64,000 nt of DNA from Candidatus Latescibacterota bacterium. GTDB taxonomy: Bacteria > Latescibacterota > UBA2968 > UBA8231. This document shows positions 56,799 to 64,000 of the stretch, piece after piece. The notes beneath the pieces are model-generated. The model worked only from the letters and a program-made list of their open reading frames with translations. It had not been told where the DNA came from and ran no database searches. The translations under genes and the position numbers were made by a program. How positions within the stretch are numbered: the stretch's first letter is position 1; each line of letters starts with the position of its first letter. The DNA is taken from NCBI GenBank assembly GCA_965217585.1, contig OZ244561.1, positions 256,001 through 320,000 on the forward strand, given 5' to 3'.

Positions 56799-58410
56799 TG
56801 AATAAGTCCTCTTTTGCCCATCGGGCAATCAGCATCGTCACCCGCTGCGGCTCGGTTCCCAGCGGCAGTTTCCGGGCCCCGTGTGCATCTCGTAGCGTGA
56901 ACGGGTGATGCATGAGGATGTCCTGCTTGCCATCCTTGTTGAGGTCCACTAGCCAAGTGTATTCCTCGTCGTTGGGCATGGCGACCGCAACGTCCTGAGG
57001 CCGCTGGGAAAACAGGTCCGGCCCCGGCACGCCGACAAAGACGCCCAGGTGCCTAGGGTGCTGCCCGATGAGCAGGTCGGAGAGGCCGTCGCCGGTCACA
57101 TCCCCGATGAGCAAAGTCGAGTTGAACGCGCGCGGCCAACTCTTTTGTGTCCTTCGGCGTTCGTGCGTCGCCCCTCGAAGCACGATGTCCAAGGACACCG
57201 ACCCCGGCTCACGATGGCTGGGCACACCGTCCAACGCGATTCTGCGGATGGCGTCGGGTGTGTCGGGATAGCGGCCCCCTTCCAGGTGGTAGAACTCGAG
57301 ATCCAACCGGATGTCATCGCCCATGAACCCCTTGATGCTCTTCCAGAGGCTGCCTTCGAGGAAGTCGAGATCGATGGTTGTCAACATAAGGTCGACCTGG
57401 CCGTCGCGATCAAAGTCGTGTCGGCCCATCCCGAGTTGGATGCTGCCATCAGACTGGAACGTGGCATCGACCTCCAGCGCAAACACGGTGCCGCCATCGG
57501 CTGTTGGCGTACCGAAATGCACATCGAAAGCGGAACGCTTGCTGGAAATGCTCCGGCCCTCTAGCAAGAAAACCACTAGGTCTGCGACCCCGTCGCCGTT
57601 CAGGTCGCTTAACGAGTGCAGCACCTTCCCCGTCATATCTCCGGTGGCGAGTGAGGAAAGATTGTCAGAGTCGAATGCTACATCGGTCGTGAAGGTCTCC
57701 GCCTCCGGGGCAAACAGCCCACGCTCGTTCTGAAGATGAACCTCGAAGTGGTCCTCCTTCCAGAACACCAAATCGCGGCGGCCATCTCGGTTGTAGTCTA
57801 TCTCGTGGAAACGACTCTGAGACCAAGGGTTGTATCGATATCCGTCGGCTCCGTAGATCCTACTCATATCGGTGGAGGGACCGATCTTCACTGGATCGGC
57901 AAACGCGCCGTCGCTCATCTGGATGAACACCCAGAAGCCATCGACATCCGGCACGACCAAGTCGTCGCGCTCGTCGCCGTTCACGTCCCGCGTGACATCT
58001 ACATGGGGGATTTCACCTCTGCGAGGCGGATTAAAGTTGGCAGTCGCCGCCACCAGCGCGCGTTCCGTCACCGTCTCGGGATCGAACCAGTTCAGGTGGC
58101 CGGACTCGTACGCAATCAAGCGGTCGCGTCCGCCGATGTTAGCAACATCGACGAACAACACTTCGGGACGCAGCGTTGCGTCGAGCAGCGGAACCCAAGT
58201 GCTATCGCCGAACGCGTAGATGCGCAAGCGGCGGTCGTCGTTCTCGTCGACGTTCACCACGGCCAGTTCGGCCATAGCACCACCGAGCAGGAACCCCGTC
58301 AAAACGGTCTGGCGTTCCGCCGAGCCGATGACGACCTCGTACTGCTCGAAAGTGAATTCCGCAGCGGCAGGCGACGTGAAACTCGAGAGGAAAATTCCAA
58401 AAACCAGCAT
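56785..58410 (-). CDS. FG-GAP/VCBS repeat protein, copy B
   Basis: Signal peptide MLVFGIFLSSFTSPAAA, same repeats, C-terminal extension past the paralog's stop. Confidence 0.82.
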   Translation of the reverse strand: MLVFGIFLSSFTSPAAAEFTFEQYEVVIGSAERQTVLTGFLLGGAMAELAVVNVDENDDRRLRIYAFGDSTWVPLLDATLRPEVLFVDVANIGGRDRLIAYESGHLNWFDPETVTERALVAATANFNPPRRGEIPHVDVTRDVNGDERDDLVVPDVDGFWVFIQMSDGAFADPVKIGPSTDMSRIYGADGYRYNPWSQSRFHEIDYNRDGRRDLVFWKEDHFEVHLQNERGLFAPEAETFTTDVAFDSDNLSSLATGDMTGKVLHSLSDLNGDGVADLVVFLLEGRSISSKRSAFDVHFGTPTADGGTVFALEVDATFQSDGSIQLGMGRHDFDRDGQVDLMLTTIDLDFLEGSLWKSIKGFMGDDIRLDLEFYHLEGGRYPDTPDAIRRIALDGVPSHREPGSVSLDIVLRGATHERRRTQKSWPRAFNSTLLIGDVTGDGLSDLLIGQHPRHLGVFVGVPGPDLFSQRPQDVAVAMPNDEEYTWLVDLNKDGKQDILMHHPFTLRDAHGARKLPLGTEPQRVTMLIARWAKEDLFNEIE

Positions 58411-58435
58411 GGAGATCAGGTTCCTCGTGCTGTTC

Positions 58436-59374
58436 CTAGGGCCGGACAGAGAAGCCGAAGGAATCCACTGCGGCAGAAGCAAACAGACCGATCCCGTTTT
58501 CGATGTGGAAAAGCGGCCGTTGAAAACTCTGGCCGGCCTCGCCGCTGCTCCGTTCCGCATCCACATTGTCGGTGCGAACCAAGTCGAACCAGTTCTGGTC
58601 AACGGCGAAGAGCTTGATTTTATGGCGCCCGGCATAGTAGATGCCATCCCAAGGCAGATAGAGTTCGCCACTTTCCAAACTCAACAGGGGCGAGGTCTCT
58701 ACACGCTCGAGTTCAAAGTCTTCAAAATCCTCAATCCATTCGTCGTCAAATAGCAGCGGGCTTTCATACTCTAGATTGGCTACGCGTACTTGGTAGGATG
58801 TGGCAGTGCCATCGCCGTGAAATTGGGCTTCTAGCACCCCCTTGTCGTACTCCAACTGGTTTTCCGCGGCCTGATAGACCTCGTCGCCGACCTCGGAAAA
58901 CAACCTCAGACGCCGCAGCTCGGTTTCTAAATCGTCCTCTAAAAGCCGCAACTCGTCAATGCGGATACGCGCTGGCGTCTGGGTTTGGGCGCGCACCTCT
59001 AACGCGTCTTCGGTGTTGACGCGCAACTCGTACCGGCGGCTAGGCTCAACCACCGGCGCGTCGTCCGGCGGCAGGTAGTGTCCGGTTCTGATCGGGTCGC
59101 GCCGGTATTTGAACACCGCGTCGCCGCGGTGGATGGAGACCGTGGCTCCCTCCAGCGCCGTGGCCACCGCCGAATAGGAACGACCGGGAGCTACCGTGCG
59201 CCGCAGGATGACAGGCGGCAGCGGCGCATCGACGATGAGGATGGCATCGACGACAATGAGGTCGGCCTCGCTAGGGCCAAACAGTTCGTCGGGGTCTCGG
59301 TCGGCTGCTAGCGGCCCGGGGGCCTTGCAGGACAGCAGCGGAAACAGTGCTAGGAGCAGTAGGTAGCGGTACAT
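58436..59374 (-). CDS. DUF4249-like lipoprotein partner of TonB-dependent receptor
   Basis: LLSC lipobox, IVVDAIL N-terminal and HIENGIGLF C-terminal motifs. Directly after the TBDR. Confidence 0.75.
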   Translation of the reverse strand: MYRYLLLLALFPLLSCKAPGPLAADRDPDELFGPSEADLIVVDAILIVDAPLPPVILRRTVAPGRSYSAVATALEGATVSIHRGDAVFKYRRDPIRTGHYLPPDDAPVVEPSRRYELRVNTEDALEVRAQTQTPARIRIDELRLLEDDLETELRRLRLFSEVGDEVYQAAENQLEYDKGVLEAQFHGDGTATSYQVRVANLEYESPLLFDDEWIEDFEDFELERVETSPLLSLESGELYLPWDGIYYAGRHKIKLFAVDQNWFDLVRTDNVDAERSSGEAGQSFQRPLFHIENGIGLFASAAVDSFGFSVRP

Positions 59375-59377
59375 AGC

Positions 59378-61681
59378 TTAAAACCTGAAGTCAAAGCCGA
59401 AGGTCGGCACGATGGGCAGCATCTTAACTACAATCGGTTGCTCGGTAGAATCGTTGGGGTCGTACTGGACAAACCATTCGTTGCGGCGGTTGTAGGCATT
59501 GAAAATCTGCACATAGAAATCGACATCCGCACCAAACAGCCCAAAGGTGCGCCGCATCCCAACATCCAAGCGGTGGTAGGGCAGCAGCCGGGCCGTGTTG
59601 CGCCGCGCCGCTAGCAGCCGGTCAACGGAGCGGTCAGAGGCTGGGTCGCGCAGGGTGTAGCGGGCCGCGGCTGGCGTGTAGGCTTGGCCGGTGCCGTACA
59701 CGAAATTGGCGGTCCAAGTCCAGCGGGCCAAGCGATAGGTGGCCGTCAACGACACGTCGTGGCGTCGGTCGTATTTGGGCGGAAAGGTCCGGCCGCCATC
59801 GATATCCGGGAATGTCCTCCGCGTCCATCCGAAGGTGTAGCCCAGCCAGCCGCTGAGACGCCCGCGGCGCTTTTCGGCAAATAGCTCCACGCCGGTAGCA
59901 TAGCCGGTGCCGCCGGTTTTGAACACGTCCTCGGAGGTTTCCTGCTCGTCGTTTTCCCCCTGCTCCTCGTCGAGGACGACGAGGTTGGCCAAGTCCGTAT
60001 AGTAGGTCTCGAGGCTGAATCGGTAGTTGTCAGAAGGCTCCCACTCCAAGCCCGAAACCGCCTGATAGGAGCGCCCAGGCTCTACCGTCTCGTCGAGCGG
60101 AAGCCACAAATCGCCGCCACTGAAGCCCTCCGACGACACGAGCTGCAAGTATTGCCGATAGCTGCCCCCGGCCAGCTTGAAGCGCCAGCCTTCTTGCAGC
60201 ACGCGACTCAGCGAAAAGCGCGGGTTGAGCGACAGGTGTCCGCCCTCTTTGTAATAGGTTCCGCGCAGGCCCAGCCGGGCCTCGGTCAGCGGCGTCACTT
60301 GCCAGTCGTCTTGGATATATGCCGACAAGAGATAGGGCTTTACTACTTGGTTATTCTCGTACTGATCAAAGCGCACGCCGTAATCAAAGCGGAAGGCAGT
60401 AAGGCCGACCCCCGTGCGGAGGGTGTGATTAGCCGCGGCGAAGTAATCGAGGTCTCCCTTGATGGAGACGTCCCGCACGCGATTGCTCACCGCGATGGGC
60501 GTGCCAAACAAATTGAGGGTGATGTCGCTTTGGTATTTGGAGTACAGGGCGATCATGCGCCCGAAGAGCGCCGGCGAAAACACGTGCGTCCAGCGCCCGG
60601 TCAAGGCCTCGTTGCCCCAGTTATTGCCAAAGGACACGGTGTTGGTGCTGTCGCCCTCGGTGCTGTTATCGCTCACGCTGATGTCGAGGTGGTCGTTGCC
60701 CCCATACGCGCTGAGCATGAGGTTGTCGTTGGGACTGAGCTGGGTATTGACCTTGGCGTTGACATCGTAAAACCAGTAGCCGAGGCCATCGAGTTCGTCG
60801 GTGCTCCGCCGCATCGCCCGCAGCACGGGATCGATGTATGTGCGCCGACCAGCCACCATCCACGAGCCTTGGCCGAGCGGCCCCTCGCTCATAAGCCGGC
60901 TGGAGATCAGGCTAACGCCGCCGCTGGTGCTAAAGTTGCGGCGATTGCCATCGCGGTTTTGCACATCGAGGACAGCACTCAGGCTGCCGCCGTACTGGGC
61001 TGGATAGGCCCCCTTGTAGAAGGTGACGTCTTTGATCGCGTCCGGGTTGAAGGTGGAGAAAAAACCAAAAGCATGCGACGGATTGTAGAGCCGCATCTGG
61101 TCGAGCAGGATGCCGGTTTGGTCGGGGCCACCGCCGCGCACGTAGAGTCCACTGCTAAAATCCGATGCCGCTTGCACGCCCGGCAGCAGTTGCAAACTGC
61201 GCAGCAGGTCCGGCTCGGCCATGGCCGCCATCTGTTGTACGTCCGTTACTTGCAGGGCAACCACGCTCGGTCGCTGGTTCACTTCGCTCTCCACCGCGGT
61301 CGCCTCGGCCTCCACGACGACCTCCCCCATCTCCAGCGCTTGCCGCTCCAGTTCGATATCCCAGCGCAGCGCTTGGCCAGCGATCAACGCCAGCGTGTCG
61401 CGGTGGGTTGTGTAGCCAATGTAGGACGCAGTAACGACCCAAGTCCCCGCCGGGATGTCCGGGATGGCGTAATAGCCTTCGGCGTTGCTCAGCGCACCCA
61501 TTGCTCGGTTTTCAACGGCGATGGCGACCGCGGCATTGGGCAAGCGCTCGCCGTTGCTGCTGTCGCGGACAAACCCGCTGAGGGTACTAGTGCGTTGAGT
61601 CTGCGCCCATGACGCGTTGCTTAGGACGGCCATCACCGCCACCGCCACAATCGAGGTTCTTGCCTTGCTCAATGGATTCAC
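59378..61681 (-). CDS. TonB-dependent receptor with N-terminal carboxypeptidase-regulatory-like domain
   Basis: SGFVRD...GYY, LQLLPGV, YVRGGGPDQ, YNPSH.FGFFS, C-terminal DFRF. Confidence 0.93.
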   Translation of the reverse strand: MNPLSKARTSIVAVAVMAVLSNASWAQTQRTSTLSGFVRDSSNGERLPNAAVAIAVENRAMGALSNAEGYYAIPDIPAGTWVVTASYIGYTTHRDTLALIAGQALRWDIELERQALEMGEVVVEAEATAVESEVNQRPSVVALQVTDVQQMAAMAEPDLLRSLQLLPGVQAASDFSSGLYVRGGGPDQTGILLDQMRLYNPSHAFGFFSTFNPDAIKDVTFYKGAYPAQYGGSLSAVLDVQNRDGNRRNFSTSGGVSLISSRLMSEGPLGQGSWMVAGRRTYIDPVLRAMRRSTDELDGLGYWFYDVNAKVNTQLSPNDNLMLSAYGGNDHLDISVSDNSTEGDSTNTVSFGNNWGNEALTGRWTHVFSPALFGRMIALYSKYQSDITLNLFGTPIAVSNRVRDVSIKGDLDYFAAANHTLRTGVGLTAFRFDYGVRFDQYENNQVVKPYLLSAYIQDDWQVTPLTEARLGLRGTYYKEGGHLSLNPRFSLSRVLQEGWRFKLAGGSYRQYLQLVSSEGFSGGDLWLPLDETVEPGRSYQAVSGLEWEPSDNYRFSLETYYTDLANLVVLDEEQGENDEQETSEDVFKTGGTGYATGVELFAEKRRGRLSGWLGYTFGWTRRTFPDIDGGRTFPPKYDRRHDVSLTATYRLARWTWTANFVYGTGQAYTPAAARYTLRDPASDRSVDRLLAARRNTARLLPYHRLDVGMRRTFGLFGADVDFYVQIFNAYNRRNEWFVQYDPNDSTEQPIVVKMLPIVPTFGFDFRF

Positions 61682-61840
61682 GTTCCCTCGGATAGGATTG
61701 TCTCCAGCACTACTTACTTTAACTGACGCTACGCATCGTCCTGCCTGTGCGCTAGGCGCTGGCCGCCCTAGAGATGCCCGTGCGTAACATCCGTTACTTT
61801 AACACCGGTGCCAGTGATAATTGTTACCCGTGCAGAGGTC

Positions 61841-64000
61841 CTATCGAATCAAGGCCATCCGCCCCACCGCAGTAAAGTCCTCCCCAGCGGTGAGTCGGTA
61901 CAGATAGACGCCGCTGGCAGCCGGGCGACCCTCGTCGTCGCGGCCGTTCCAAGAAGTGCGATAGTGACCGGCCCTCAGCAACTCCCCACTGTGCAAGGCG
62001 CGGACGCGGCGGCCAAGCACGTCGTACACCACGAGATGTACGGGTACGGTCCTTGCCACATCGAAGGCAATAGTCGCGTTGGCATTAAATGGATTGGGCC
62101 AGTTGCCGTGCAACCGAAACGCCTCGGGTACTCCTGTGGCCTGTTCGGCAATCGCCGTCTGAACCTGATTCGGAGCACCCGGCGTAGGGTTGCTTACGGT
62201 CTGAAAATCGCCCGTGATATCCGGCACTCGCGCCCAACTCGTTCCCTCATCGGCCTGTCCCTTTTCCCAGTCGATTTGAGCGACCAAGGTGCCGTCTGCC
62301 GTCCAGATGCCCAGCTCTTCGTCGCGGCCGAGGGCAAAGCCGGGCCACCCGTCTTTATCCAACTCGATCTGTAGAAACTCACCCGCCTCGATGACCGTGC
62401 CAGCCGGGAAGGGGGTGCGCTTACTTTCGTCCGTCAGATCGTCGGCCATCACAAAGTCCGCAAGATCTATCGGCCCATCCGAGGCATTGTAGAGTTCAAA
62501 CCAATCGAGCGGATCGCCCTGGGCGGCGACCTCGTTGATAACCAGTCCAATCTCTGCCCCGGCTTCGACGTCATCTTCTGGGGCCGTATCCCCTCCCCCG
62601 CCAAAGCTGAATAAGGTGCCATAAAACCGGCCCGAAATTTTCGCGCCCGGCTCCGTGCTGGCCTCGTCGAATTCAATCCCTCCCTTGGCAATTAGTTCAA
62701 ATTGGTCCGGAGCGCTATCAGGCGATGGCAACGACAAGCGGTAGCCACGGACTGCATTCATGTCGATGGGCAAGCTGGCACCGCTCACCACCCAGTCAAT
62801 CGGCAGCGAAGCGGTGAGAATGTCGATGTCTTTTCCAAGGCTGATAATGGATACAGACGCCCTGTCCTTGTCCGTGCGCCCTCCATCCTCTTCAAAGCCG
62901 GCTATGGCTCCCGAGAGCCCAAAGCCCTGCTCTTTTCCCCCTAGCTTGTACTCAGTGAATTCGACCGTCCCTTCCCCCAGCGGATTCTCGCTTGCACTCG
63001 ATCCCCATGTCGTCTCAAAGTGCAGATCAAACACGCCCCTTTCCGGCCAGCAGATATCGGCTGCGGCCAGCGGCCAAGACCAAGTGGGCGGCTCTGGATC
63101 GAGATCGGCCAAAATCACCGCTCGCCGCTCGCGGATGAATTGACGCACCCGGTCTGCGTCGCGGGCGGCATCCGCGCGCCTTTTGGCCAGCGCGTGCTGC
63201 TGGACGATCGCCGCCATCTCGTCGGCGAGGCTGAGCAGCTCTTCTTCGTTCCAGACCGTGTCGAGCAGTTGCTTGAGGCGGGCTACATAGGTGGCTCGCG
63301 TCGCGTCTTCGCGGTATAAACGGTGGGCGATGGCCCCGTGCGCCATGACCGCAGGCGGCGACACAAAATCGTCAAAGGGGCCATCGGTCGAGGTGAAAAC
63401 TTGATCTGCACCCCAAGGCATGAACACAAAAGGCGCATCCGGCTCGCGGTAGACGTAGAAATTATTGCGGTTGCCAGCGTACCCATCCCAGTGCCCAATG
63501 AGTACTTCGGTCGCCCAGAAAGTGAGAAAGTGGTCGAGGTCAATGGCGGCGGCGAGAGCTTCGAGGCCGGCCGGAGAGGGATCTTGTAGCGCGGCGACGA
63601 CCGCGTCGATATCCGACCAGTCCGCGTCCTCCTCGTTGGTTTTCTTCTGCAAGGTGCCGCGCCATTCGGGCCGAAAATCGCTGACGGTCCCCTCGTAAAA
63701 ATTGCCGCTTGGATCGGAGAAATTGCGCTCCAAAAAGGCGGTTTTCATGCTCTCGACGTGTACGTACACGCCCAAGTTTTCGCCGTTTACCGCAACGGTA
63801 GCAAAGTTGCAGCGCGGCGCTGGCAGGCCGGCGGCAGCAAAGACGTGGTAGGCCATACAGGTATTGAGCATGGACGGGTCTTGCTGGGCATTGTTCAGAG
63901 TCAGGCGCTTCATTGCTCCGCCGAGGAGCTGACCGTCGATGAACTTGTCGAAGCGGACCTTGAGCGCGGGTTTCCCCTTACTCAGCGATCCGAAGAATCC
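61841..64000 (-). CDS. CotH-kinase-family protein with lamin-tail domain and FlgD/T9SS type A-like tail (5'-partial)
   Basis: KRLTLNN..QDPS, HWDGY..NRNNFY, PWGAD, VINEV..DWFELYN, NWPNPFN...GVYLYRL. Frame is open to the window end. Confidence 0.9.
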   Translation of the reverse strand, partial: GFFGSLSKGKPALKVRFDKFIDGQLLGGAMKRLTLNNAQQDPSMLNTCMAYHVFAAAGLPAPRCNFATVAVNGENLGVYVHVESMKTAFLERNFSDPSGNFYEGTVSDFRPEWRGTLQKKTNEEDADWSDIDAVVAALQDPSPAGLEALAAAIDLDHFLTFWATEVLIGHWDGYAGNRNNFYVYREPDAPFVFMPWGADQVFTSTDGPFDDFVSPPAVMAHGAIAHRLYREDATRATYVARLKQLLDTVWNEEELLSLADEMAAIVQQHALAKRRADAARDADRVRQFIRERRAVILADLDPEPPTWSWPLAAADICWPERGVFDLHFETTWGSSASENPLGEGTVEFTEYKLGGKEQGFGLSGAIAGFEEDGGRTDKDRASVSIISLGKDIDILTASLPIDWVVSGASLPIDMNAVRGYRLSLPSPDSAPDQFELIAKGGIEFDEASTEPGAKISGRFYGTLFSFGGGGDTAPEDDVEAGAEIGLVINEVAAQGDPLDWFELYNASDGPIDLADFVMADDLTDESKRTPFPAGTVIEAGEFLQIELDKDGWPGFALGRDEELGIWTADGTLVAQIDWEKGQADEGTSWARVPDITGDFQTVSNPTPGAPNQVQTAIAEQATGVPEAFRLHGNWPNPFNANATIAFDVARTVPVHLVVYDVLGRRVRALHSGELLRAGHYRTSWNGRDDEGRPAASGVYLYRLTAGEDFTAVGRMALIR

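Noticed and set aside
60152-61612. Long antisense and alternative-frame ORFs (also 4635-5633, 39214-40200, 57736-58617 and others)
   Set aside because: Shadow ORFs expected from high-GC codon bias opposite well-supported genes, with no motifs.
1-64000. CRISPR array, IS element or prophage
   Set aside because: No regularly spaced repeat-spacer series, transposase, integrase or phage structural gene was recognised.

Overview
GC-rich bacterial chromosomal segment. The gene content is TPR, HEAT and FG-GAP/ASPIC-UnbV repeat proteins, secreted proteins with T9SS/FlgD-like C-terminal domains, and many enolase-superfamily, Gfo/Idh/MocA and aldo/keto reductase (AKR) genes. This suggests an FCB-group organism such as Latescibacterota or a relative, possibly host- or sponge-associated (inference only). 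Housekeeping anchors are rnpB, pyrF, tRNA-Pro(TGG) and dapA. No CRISPR array, integrase or transposase is visible. The most striking unexplained pattern is that at least four cargo blocks are each bounded by a short (27-69 bp) second copy of the terminus of the adjacent protein-coding gene. The cases are the GSDH 3' end (17520/27877), the AKR 3' end (21121/22906), the Gfo/Idh/MocA 3' end (30934/33029) and the ManD-like 5' end (51162/53828). In the three 3'-end pairs the two copies differ mostly at synonymous positions. The cargo includes a co-deleted restriction-modification pair, a frameshifted GmrSD-type nuclease, and two decayed adhesin genes. The adhesin remnants keep complete sigma54 promoter/IHF/enhancer architecture and lie beside a sigma54 activator. 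Other points of note are a candidate small RNA upstream of the zinc-ribbon-rnpB locus, enolase-family proteins with altered catalytic motifs, and a chimeric FG-GAP tandem duplication.
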